Made by a program: the position numbers and the translations under genes. From assembly GCA_964548235.1 (NCBI GenBank), contig CAZJRV010000002.1, positions 1-35,528 of the forward strand: a stretch of 35,528 nt of DNA. Direction: 5' to 3'. Of the stretch, positions 1-8,439 are shown one piece after another (positions within the stretch are counted from its first letter, which is position 1; each line of letters opens with the position of its first letter). The notes below the pieces were generated by a model. That model was not told where the DNA came from and did no database searches. It was given only the letters and a program-made list of their open reading frames with translations. The stretch is from an uncultured Verrucomicrobiota bacterium. Lineage in GTDB: Bacteria > Verrucomicrobiota > Verrucomicrobiia > Limisphaerales > UBA1100.

Positions 1-196
1 TGTCATCAAAAACCAAGTTCAGCGCCACTTGATACGTTTGGTCCACCACATCCCGATGGCTGCCCGCCATGGTGCCGCAGTGAAAATGCCTCACGCCGGG
101 GATGTCCTTGAGATATTCCTCTGCGCCGGCCAGCAGATTTTCCGTGGCACCGGCCACCTCGGGTTTGGTCCAAAAAATGACAACGTGCGAAAACAT
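1..196 (-). CDS. Dabb (stress-responsive alpha/beta-barrel) family protein, N-terminal part only (gene runs off the window start)
   Basis: Not in the ORF track because there is no stop in the window. The reverse complement from ATG (196..194) reads [65 protein letters not shown]. This fits the Dabb pattern (hydrophobic beta1, F/W-K-P, IPGV, later F.D). Divergent from recA. Confidence 0.6.
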   Translation of the reverse strand, partial: MFSHVVIFWTKPEVAGATENLLAGAEEYLKDIPGVRHFHCGTMAGSHRDVVDQTYQVALNLVFDD

Positions 197-317
197 GGCT
201 GCGACATTAAGCGGCTCACGGAAACCAAATCAAGCCTTTGGGAAAAACAAGGGCTTGCGCAACCAGAACCCCGGGCGCAAGCTGCCTGAACAGCACGCCC
301 GCAACCGGAAAGATATT

Positions 318-1424
<1,107 letters not shown>

Positions 1425-1427
1425 TCC

Positions 1428-2636
1428 ATGCCCGATCCCGCCCAATCCATCGCCGCGCATTCCATCGCCGCCCATTACGACGGCGCGTTTGACGTGGATG
1501 CCCTTGAAGATTGGGCAGCTGAATTGCGCGAGAATTTTCCCGGCGATGATGTTTCGCTTGGGTTAGTCTTCACCTCCCCCCAATTTTTTGGCCAAGCAGT
1601 CGAGCTGCTGGAAATACTTCGCGTGCACGCCCGCATTCCTCTGCTTGTGGGTTGTTCCGGCAGCAGTCTCGTGGCCAATGATCGCGAGCTGGAAAATAAC
1701 CCCGGTCTCACCCTCGCTCTGCACCATTTGCCCGGGGCAAAACTTGATGCACTGCACTTCACCCAATCGCAGGTTGAGGAAGCCGATGGCCCCGATTACT
1801 GGCCCGAGACCACCGGCATCAAGGACACACACGGCTGGCTTTCCTTCGTCGATCCCTTTCACCTCAATGCCGAGGCGTGGTTGCCGCAATGGAATGCCTC
1901 GTGGTCCGGCAAACCGGTCATCGGCGGATTCGCCAGCGGCAACCTGGCCGATCAAAATTCGCAGGTTTATCTTAATGGCGAGGTGCACGAGGAAGGAGGC
2001 GTGGCACTCAGCGTGGGCGGCCGCGTGGCATTGCAAAGCGTCATCTCGCAAGGCTGCACGCCAATTGGCGACACGTGGACCATCACCCGCGCTGAGCAAA
2101 ATATCATTTACGAAATCGGCAATCGTTCCGCCTACGAGGTGCTCACCGAGACTTTCGAAAACCTAAGCGACACGGAAAAAGAAAAGACCCGCGGCAATCT
2201 TTTTGTGGGCTTGGTGGTCAACGAATACGTGGAAGATTTTCATCGCGGCGATTTTCTGATTCGCAACCTCATCGGTGCCGATACCGAGAACGGCGCCATC
2301 GCCATTGGCGGCACACCGCGAGCGGGGCAAACGCTGCAATTCCAGCGCCGCGATGCCCGGGCTGCCGGCGAGGACATGGACGAGCTGATGCATCGCGCCA
2401 GTGAATCACTCAATGGGAACCCTGTATACGGCGGCTGCCTCTGCTGCTGCACCGGCCGCGGCAAGAATCTTTTTGGTGCCTCCGATCACGATGCCGGCCT
2501 CGTGCAGCATCACCTTGGCGACATCGGCCTCAGCGGATTTTTCTGCAACGGCGAAATCGGCCCCATCGGCAACGACAATTTCCTCCACGGCTACACCGCT
2601 TCCCTCGCCCTGTTCGTTGGCGCGGAAACACAATGA
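1428..2636 (+). CDS. Stand-alone FIST (FIST_N + FIST_C) sensor-domain protein
   Basis: 402-aa ORF. The ATG is 3 nt after the recA stop, and its stop overlaps the trmB ATG (ATGA). By-eye match to FIST domains, including the C-terminal ...LSGFFCNGEIGPIG... motif. No output domain. Confidence 0.7.
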   Translation: MPDPAQSIAAHSIAAHYDGAFDVDALEDWAAELRENFPGDDVSLGLVFTSPQFFGQAVELLEILRVHARIPLLVGCSGSSLVANDRELENNPGLTLALHHLPGAKLDALHFTQSQVEEADGPDYWPETTGIKDTHGWLSFVDPFHLNAEAWLPQWNASWSGKPVIGGFASGNLADQNSQVYLNGEVHEEGGVALSVGGRVALQSVISQGCTPIGDTWTITRAEQNIIYEIGNRSAYEVLTETFENLSDTEKEKTRGNLFVGLVVNEYVEDFHRGDFLIRNLIGADTENGAIAIGGTPRAGQTLQFQRRDARAAGEDMDELMHRASESLNGNPVYGGCLCCCTGRGKNLFGASDHDAGLVQHHLGDIGLSGFFCNGEIGPIGNDNFLHGYTASLALFVGAETQ

Positions 2637-3217
2637 GCCTGCTGCACGAGTTTGAATCCGTGACGGAACCGTTGCGGCTGGAATCCCTCTTTTCCAAATC
2701 CCAACCCACCGAGCTGGAAATCGGCTGTGGCGATGGCGGATTTCTGCTGGAATGGGCCACGCGTCATCCGGAAAAAAATTTCCTCGGCGTCGAGCGCCTG
2801 CTCGGCCGCATTCGCAAGCTGGACAAAAAAGGCAGCCGCGCCCAGCTCACTAATCTCCGCCTGCTCCGCATCGAGGCGCGTTACGTTTTGCAATACCTCC
2901 TGCCCGCGAATGCCTTTGATGCCGTCCACATTTATTTTCCCGATCCTTGGCCCAAGGACAAGCACGCCCGACATCGGCTGATTGATGAAAATTTTCCCGC
3001 ACTGGCCTGGCGCGTTCTGGTGCCCGGCGGTGTGGTGCATCTGCGCACGGACGATCCGGATTATTTCGCGCAGATGCAGAGATCGTTTGAACCGGCCAAG
3101 GAGTTTTCAATTGTGGAAACGCCGCCGGAACTGGCCGCGCTTACCACTGAGTTCGAACGCCAATGGAACGAGGAAGGCAAACCCACCCTGCGCGCCTCCC
3201 ACCAACTGCAATCTTAA
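2633..3217 (+). CDS. trmB: tRNA (guanine46-N7)-methyltransferase
   Basis: SAM-binding EIGCGDGGFLLEWATRHPEKNFLGVE and the TrmB signature FPDPWPKDKHARHRL. 194 aa. Confidence 0.9.
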   Translation: MSLLHEFESVTEPLRLESLFSKSQPTELEIGCGDGGFLLEWATRHPEKNFLGVERLLGRIRKLDKKGSRAQLTNLRLLRIEARYVLQYLLPANAFDAVHIYFPDPWPKDKHARHRLIDENFPALAWRVLVPGGVVHLRTDDPDYFAQMQRSFEPAKEFSIVETPPELAALTTEFERQWNEEGKPTLRASHQLQS

Positions 3218-3693
3218 ACATCAATCACGGGGCCATCATCGTCATCGCGATCGTAGCCGGATTTTTTTTCGCGCGGCTTGTTTTTGTGGAATTGAAATTT
3301 TGACTGGCCGCTGCCGGTCAATGTGTTTGCGATGAGGGTGACGATGGAAATAATCAGCGCCCCCCAAAATGCATCCCAAAATTCGGGGACTTTGAAACCT
3401 TCCACCAATTTCGCCGTGAGCATCAGCAGGCCGGCATTAATGACGAGCAGGAAAAGGCCCAGCGTGAGAATCAACAACGGCAAACAGCCCAGCAACAGGA
3501 GAGGCCGCAGGACAGCATTGAGCGCGCCAAGCACCAGCGACGCCAGAAACAAATCGACGGGTTTTACATACGTAATGCCCGGCACCAAATGGACTGCCAC
3601 CAAAACCGCCAGCGTGCCCACCACGAATTGATGCAGAAAGCCGCGCACGGGTTTTTCCTCTTCTCCATTGGAGTTTGCGGTGAATTGCATCAT
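3214..3693 (-). CDS. DUF360 / Phage_holin_4_2 (PF04020, YvlD-like) 4-TM membrane protein
   Basis: 159 aa with four hydrophobic helices. VLGALNAVLRPLLLLGCLPLLILTLGLFLLVINAGLLMLTAKLV is typical of this family. The start overlaps the manA stop (ATGA), and its stop shares TTAA with the trmB stop. Confidence 0.65.
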   Translation of the reverse strand: MMQFTANSNGEEEKPVRGFLHQFVVGTLAVLVAVHLVPGITYVKPVDLFLASLVLGALNAVLRPLLLLGCLPLLILTLGLFLLVINAGLLMLTAKLVEGFKVPEFWDAFWGALIISIVTLIANTLTGSGQSKFQFHKNKPREKKSGYDRDDDDGPVIDV

Positions 3694-4658
3694 GCAACCT
3701 GGGTGAGCAGGAACTGGGCATCGGCACCGCGGGCGGCGGTGGTCTCCGCACAGGCAGGCACCAAGGCGAATTGACCGGGATTGAGCGCGAGCGTTTCACC
3801 GGCCCCATCGAGAGTGAGGCGGCCATTGGTCACGGCCACCACCCGCATCCCTTCGCCGGGCAATACAATGGCGGCATCGGTATTCATTTTGATGTGCTCC
3901 AGGCGGAATGCTTTCGGCGCCTGTGCGATGAGGCGGGTGGCGTAGTCGTTGTGGGATTCGTATTCGCGCGCGTGGAGGCGCGGTTTGACTTCGTCAAAAT
4001 CAATGCACTGCATCGCCTCGGCGAGGTGCAGCGGACGTGGTTTCCCGTCGAGGCCGGGGCGGTTCCAGTCGTACACGCGGTAGGTGGTGTCGGAGTTTTG
4101 CTGAATTTCGAAGACCACCGTGCCCGCGCCCAGCGCGTGCAGCCGGCCGCTGGGGAGGAACATTGCATCGCCCGCGGTCACCGGCAGTTCATTGAGGCAA
4201 AGCGGGAAATCCACCGTGCCAAGCTGCGCCTCAAATTTTTCGCGCGACACGCCCGGACGCAGTCCGGCTATGAGGCGGGCATCGGCCTCGGCGTGGCCCA
4301 CGTACCACGCCTCGGTCTTGGGTTCGCCGCCCAGTTGCGGGGTAACTGCGGCGGGTGGATGTACCTGCACGGAGAGATCAGCCCGGGCATCGAGTAATTT
4401 TGCGAGCCACGGGAAATTGCCGTTGTTCGGAATAGCGTCGAGCAAATCGGCCGCGTGGTTTTGCATCAGCCAGCGGAGATCGTGCCCGGCGAGCGGGCCG
4501 TTGGCAATGATGCTGGCCGTGCCGGGACGGTCGGCGATTTCCCAGGATTCGCCAATGGACTGGCCCGGCGGCAGCGGCTTGTCGAAAAGCGTTTCCAGCA
4601 TGCGTCCGCCCCAGACGCGCTCGTGGAAAATCGGCTCGAAGGTGAGCGGGTAGAGCAT
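3690..4658 (-). CDS. manA: Type I mannose-6-phosphate isomerase (cupin)
   Basis: N-terminal PLTFEPIFHERVWGG and the LSVQVHP ... EAWY ... LHALG zinc-ligand pattern of Bacillus-type PMI. 322 aa. Confidence 0.8.
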   Translation of the reverse strand: MLYPLTFEPIFHERVWGGRMLETLFDKPLPPGQSIGESWEIADRPGTASIIANGPLAGHDLRWLMQNHAADLLDAIPNNGNFPWLAKLLDARADLSVQVHPPAAVTPQLGGEPKTEAWYVGHAEADARLIAGLRPGVSREKFEAQLGTVDFPLCLNELPVTAGDAMFLPSGRLHALGAGTVVFEIQQNSDTTYRVYDWNRPGLDGKPRPLHLAEAMQCIDFDEVKPRLHAREYESHNDYATRLIAQAPKAFRLEHIKMNTDAAIVLPGEGMRVVAVTNGRLTLDGAGETLALNPGQFALVPACAETTAARGADAQFLLTQVA

Positions 4659-4666
4659 GGCGGGGC

Positions 4667-5644
4667 TTATGCCGGCTCGGCTTGACCCTCAATGAACTGG
4701 CCGTGCCGACGGTATTTTTGGTAGCGCATCTTGAGGCGCTCGGCGGGGTCGATTTGTTTCAGGTCCTCCAGGTTTTGCAACAACACCTCGCGCAGGGTGT
4801 CGGCCATGGCGTCGACATCGTTGTGGGCGCCGCCGAAGGGCTCGGGCACCACCTCGTCCACCAGCTCCAGTTCGAGCAAATCGTTGGCGGTAATCTTGAG
4901 TGCCTCAGCCGCCTGCGGTGCGGCGGCGCGGTCTTTCCACAAAATTGCCGCGCAGCCCTCGGGGCTTATGACGGAGTAATACGCGTTTTCCAAGATCAAT
5001 GTGCGGTCGCTCACGCCGATGCCCAGCGCGCCGCCGCTGCCGCCCTCGCCGATGACCACGGAGATCATCGGCACCTTGAACAGCGCCATCTCGCGCAGAT
5101 TGATGGCGATGGCCTTGGCGATGTGGCGTTCCTCGGCGGCCACGCCGGGGTAGGCACCGGCGGTGTCGATGAGCGCGATGATGGGCAGCCCAAAGCGATC
5201 GGCCATGCCCATCAGCCGCAGCGCCTTGCGGTAGCCCTCGGGGTGGGCGCAGCCGAAGTTGCGTTTGATGTTCTCCTTGGTATCGCGGCCTTTTTGCGTG
5301 CCCACCACCATCACGCGCTGGTCGCCCAGCTTGGCGAAGCCGGCCACGATGGCGTGGTCGTCGTGGAACAGCCGGTCGCCGTGCAGCTCGGAAAAACCGT
5401 TGAAGGTGCGCTGGATGTAATCGAGCGAATAAGGTCGCTTGGGATGGCGGGCAAGCTGGACGCGCTGCCAGGCGGTGAGGTTGGAGTAGAGTTCCTTTTT
5501 CTTGGCCTCGATTTTCTCCTCGAGCTGGCGGATTTCCTGGTCGATGTCCACCCCGAGATTTTCCTCCTCGGGATGCTCGCGCAGGCCCTCCAGTTTTTGC
5601 TGGAGGTCGATGTACGGTTTCTCGAAATCAAGCAGGTGCTTCAT
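4667..5644 (-). CDS. accA: Acetyl-CoA carboxylase carboxyltransferase subunit alpha
   Basis: ORF 4667..5701 trimmed to ATG 5644 (MKHLLDFEKPYIDLQQKLEGL). Typical AccA core: ARHPKRPYSLDY, IIALIDTAGAYPGVAAEERHIAKAIA, VIGEGGSGGALG. Confidence 0.95.
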   Translation of the reverse strand: MKHLLDFEKPYIDLQQKLEGLREHPEEENLGVDIDQEIRQLEEKIEAKKKELYSNLTAWQRVQLARHPKRPYSLDYIQRTFNGFSELHGDRLFHDDHAIVAGFAKLGDQRVMVVGTQKGRDTKENIKRNFGCAHPEGYRKALRLMGMADRFGLPIIALIDTAGAYPGVAAEERHIAKAIAINLREMALFKVPMISVVIGEGGSGGALGIGVSDRTLILENAYYSVISPEGCAAILWKDRAAAPQAAEALKITANDLLELELVDEVVPEPFGGAHNDVDAMADTLREVLLQNLEDLKQIDPAERLKMRYQKYRRHGQFIEGQAEPA

Positions 5645-5688
5645 TCGGCGGGGAGGGTAACGGGTAGATGGGCAATCCGCAAGGCTGC

Positions 5689-6111
5689 TCAATTTAACCA
5701 CAATAACAGGCTAACCTGCACCGCGGTGACCGCCGCCAGCAGCGCCCACACGGCGGCTTCGCGGGTGGAAAGCCGCCGCTGTTGCACGGTGCCGAGCCAG
5801 AATTGCAGCTTCACCGAGCCAAGCGCAAGTACATCGCCATTAGCCAGCGGCTGCTCATCTTCCATTGGTTCATCGTTCACCATCACGCTTGCATCGGAAA
5901 TTCGGCGTAGGTGAAAGCGGTTTTCATTATCCAGTTCAATTTCCACGTGGTTATCCCACACGCCCTCCTCCTCAATGCGCAGCGCGCAATCGCTGCTTCT
6001 GCCAAGGCGGATTGGGAATTCACCGGGCCAAATATAATGCCGACGCGGTTGGCCGGTGAGGAATTGCAGCTGCGCAAGGCAGGGCGGACTGGTTTCGGGG
6101 TGATCCATCAT
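5689..6111 (-). CDS. Tail-anchored FHA-like domain protein
   Basis: ORF trimmed to ATG 6111, which overlaps the upstream permease stop (ATGA). The FHA-like core is IRLGRSSDCALRIEEEGVWDNHVEIELDNENRFHLRRISDASVMVNDEPM...GDVLALGSVKLQF. C-terminal TM helix AAVWALLAAVTAVQVSLLLWL. Confidence 0.6.
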   Translation of the reverse strand: MMDHPETSPPCLAQLQFLTGQPRRHYIWPGEFPIRLGRSSDCALRIEEEGVWDNHVEIELDNENRFHLRRISDASVMVNDEPMEDEQPLANGDVLALGSVKLQFWLGTVQQRRLSTREAAVWALLAAVTAVQVSLLLWLN

Positions 6112-7538
6112 CCACGATTGGCGCGCGCCAGCAATCCCATGCCGGCGGCTTGGAAAAGAAACACGGGGATCCACACAATCAGGTGCGGGTAATATTGAGG
6201 TTTATCCGCGAGTGCCTGCCCGAGGATGACGAAGCTGTAATAAATTAAAATCAAAACCAGCGCCATTGCGATGCCGGCGGTGGTCTCGCGCCGGTGCGCG
6301 CGGATGCCCAGCGGGATGCTCACCAGCGTGAAACCGATGGCGGCAAAGGAAAAGGAAATCTGCCGGTGCAGCTGCACCTTGAGCGGCGTGCGCTCCAGCT
6401 CAAGGCGGTCGCCCGGATGCAGCGTGCCCTCGATGATGTCCGCCACGAGATGGGCCGGGGTTTTCCCGTTGGTGACGCGCGCGCGGCCCACGGGTTGGCC
6501 GTGGCGTGTCACCTGGTATTCTGAGTCCGGCGTGGGCGCATCGACGGTGGCGTAATGGACGAGCGCTACCGAGCCGTTTTGATCCACGTTGATGATTTCC
6601 CCATGGCGATCCATTTCGCGGCGCAACTGGCTGAATGTGAGATAGCTAAGCTTGGGCTTGAAAGTTTGCTTCTCCATATCAGCCAGCGTGATAGGCAGCA
6701 CGATTTCCCCGCCAGCCATTGGCATCCACTCGGGCGAATCGGGGAAGGGATTGGGTTCGATTTCCGTTTCGGATGATGTATTTGTGACAGCCGAATGGTC
6801 CGTGCCCGCGGGAACGGGCTCTTTGCCTTCGTTGTCCGGATCATCGCCCCCGAACATGGTTTCCAGCTTGTCCGCGCGCACGTTGACTTGTGCGTTGATC
6901 AGGCGGAAGAGGTATTGTTTGGCCGCCGAATCATAACTCACCTCGCCCCGCGCGGCGCGGGTGCGCTGGATGAGTTCGCCATCCTCAATGCGGTTGAGCA
7001 GAATCCGCTTCATTTGCCAATGCCGGTCATCCGCGCCCTGTTCCAGTTCGCCAATGTAAATCACATAGCCGGGCACCTCGGTCACAAACGTGTTGGCCGA
7101 GAGGAGCTTGGCGGGATTGGACAGCGCGAGGTCATACACCAATTCCTTGTAGGCCGTGCGGCAACGCGGGGCGATGGAAAGATTGATCCACGCGCACAAC
7201 CCGCTGAATACCACCGCCAGCAACAGCACCGGCGCCACAAGACTGACGAGGCTGACCCCGCCCGCGCGCGCCGCGGTGAGTTCCTGATCCGCACTGAAGC
7301 GGCCGAACACCAGCAGCATCGCCGTTAGCAGCCCCATCGGCAGTGAAAATGAAATCACGAAGGGAATCAGCAGCACAAACGCCTTGCCCACGCCCATCAG
7401 CGACGCCTGCCCACGCACCACCAGCGCCAGCACCTCCTTCATCGCGTTGCCCATCAGCAGCACGGCCGTGAACACCCCCACCGTCAGCACCAGCGTGGCC
7501 AGCACCTCCCGCAGCAAATACCGATGCAGTGTTTTCAT
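6108..7538 (-). CDS. LptF/LptG (YjgP/YjgQ) family LPS-export permease with enlarged periplasmic domain
   Basis: N-terminal MKTLHRYLLREVLATLVLTVGVFTAVLLMGN... and FGRFSADQELTAARAGGVSL are typical of the family. 476 aa versus about 360 usual, with an extra acidic/Pro-rich segment in the middle. Confidence 0.8.
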   Translation of the reverse strand: MKTLHRYLLREVLATLVLTVGVFTAVLLMGNAMKEVLALVVRGQASLMGVGKAFVLLIPFVISFSLPMGLLTAMLLVFGRFSADQELTAARAGGVSLVSLVAPVLLLAVVFSGLCAWINLSIAPRCRTAYKELVYDLALSNPAKLLSANTFVTEVPGYVIYIGELEQGADDRHWQMKRILLNRIEDGELIQRTRAARGEVSYDSAAKQYLFRLINAQVNVRADKLETMFGGDDPDNEGKEPVPAGTDHSAVTNTSSETEIEPNPFPDSPEWMPMAGGEIVLPITLADMEKQTFKPKLSYLTFSQLRREMDRHGEIINVDQNGSVALVHYATVDAPTPDSEYQVTRHGQPVGRARVTNGKTPAHLVADIIEGTLHPGDRLELERTPLKVQLHRQISFSFAAIGFTLVSIPLGIRAHRRETTAGIAMALVLILIYYSFVILGQALADKPQYYPHLIVWIPVFLFQAAGMGLLARANRG

Positions 7539-7622
7539 TGCGAACTTGCGAAACCCATCCGCCGCAATTTACGCCAATCAAGCGGCGGTGTCACGAGGGG
7601 AAACTAAAATGAAATACAGGCC

Positions 7623-7808
7623 TCAACTATTTGCCCAACCGACCAACCAGTAAGCAAGTCCCCAAACGGCGGCCGCAAATAAAATTGCTTTTGCAGTGGA
7701 TGGGTTTCCCTCTTTTCCGTCAACGTAGCGGGCAATTGGTGGAAGCACGTGTGTGCAAGTCAGGATGATGGCAACAATGATGGCCGTGAATTCGATGACC
7801 TCTTTCAT
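7623..7808 (-). CDS. Hypothetical small 2-TM membrane protein (start uncertain; longer ORF to 7853 uses TTG)
   Basis: 61 aa from ATG 7808, preceded by GAGGGAGCA (SD-like). Two hydrophobic helices (FTAIIVAIILTCTHVL; AILFAAAVWGLAYWLVGW). No recognisable family. Lies in a visibly more AT-rich stretch. Confidence 0.3.
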   Translation of the reverse strand: MKEVIEFTAIIVAIILTCTHVLPPIARYVDGKEGNPSTAKAILFAAAVWGLAYWLVGWANS

Positions 7809-7882
7809 TGCTCCCTCAATGTGGCCGCCCTGAACCGGAATAGCCAGCTTCAATCAACCCGGTCAAGCGCGAGTGAGATGCC

Positions 7883-7904
7883 AAAAACAACGATAGGTAT
7901 CGTT
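7883..7904 (-). terminator. Rho-independent terminator downstream of tRNA-Phe
   Basis: The minus strand reads AACGATA-CC-TATCGTT (plus 7889..7904), followed by G-TTTTT-GG (plus 7881..7888). The hairpin begins 8 nt after the tRNA CCA end. Confidence 0.5.
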
Positions 7905-7912
7905 AGAAAAAT

Positions 7913-7988
<76 letters not shown>

Positions 7989-8070
7989 ACAGCCGCCGCA
8001 CTCCAGTGACGGCGGGCCGGTCACTATGCCCAAAACATTTCGCCGGGCAAGCCAATTCAACCGCCCGGCC

Positions 8071-8099
8071 TTGCGTCCGCCGTGCGCGCGCCGTACAAT
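8071..8099 (+). promoter_or_regulatory. Candidate sigma-70-type promoter for the FmdB-like gene
   Basis: TTGCGT (8071..8076), a 17-nt spacer, then TACAAT (8094..8099), about 30 nt upstream of ATG 8129. Confidence 0.4.
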
Positions 8100-8128
8100 C
8101 CCGTCCGCGTGCAACTGCCAAAAACGCC

Positions 8129-8335
8129 ATGCCCACTTATATTTACCAGACCATCCCGAAGAAAAAAGGCCAGAAACCCAAGCGCTTTGAGGTGTTGCAG
8201 AAGATGAAGGACAAGCCGCTCAGCCAGCACCCGGAAACCGGCGAGCCGGTGGAGCGTGTCATCACCGGCGGCTGCGGCGTAGTCTTCCACGGCCCCAGCA
8301 TCATGAGCATGAACGTGCCCAAGGGAAAACGCTGA
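8129..8335 (+). CDS. FmdB-family-like small protein lacking the zinc-ribbon cysteines
   Basis: ORF 8006..8335 trimmed to ATG 8129 because the extension overlaps the tRNA. MPTYIYQ...RFEVLQKMKDKPLSQHPETGEPVERVITGG aligns by eye with the FmdB consensus MPIYEY.C..CG..FEVLQKMSD.PL..CP.CG. Confidence 0.55.
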   Translation: MPTYIYQTIPKKKGQKPKRFEVLQKMKDKPLSQHPETGEPVERVITGGCGVVFHGPSIMSMNVPKGKR

Positions 8336-8439
8336 AGTCTCTAAATCAACCGGGCCGGTGGCACGGCAGATCATTCAGAATTCGATATTTCTGGTTCGAC
8401 ATTCGGAGTTCTTTTTCCGAACGCCATTGAACCCAGCCG

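Noticed and set aside
102-317. 5' extensions of track ORFs: recA 102..317, accA 5645..5701, FHA 6112..6174, FmdB-like 8006..8128, giant gene copy 2 18829..18918, DUF1028 28326..28496, pgpA 31158..31274, TPR 34786..34890.
   Set aside because: The extensions overlap neighbouring genes or the tRNA. They lack family similarity. In each case an internal ATG gives the canonical N-terminus or signal peptide.
197-317. Possible LexA/SOS box upstream of recA.
   Set aside because: GAACA occurs once (around 288..292), but the required partner half-site (TGTTC-N4) is absent. No other known LexA palindrome type is visible.
3214-3693. The 'phage holin' family label as evidence of a prophage.
   Set aside because: No phage structural, integrase or lysis genes are nearby. 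The gene is translationally coupled to manA inside a housekeeping operon. PF04020 members are widespread chromosomal membrane proteins.
8336-8439. Small hairpin TTCGGA-N8-TCCGAA (8402..8421) between convergent genes as a terminator.
   Set aside because: The stem is only 6 bp and AT-containing, with no U-tract on either strand. That is too weak to call.
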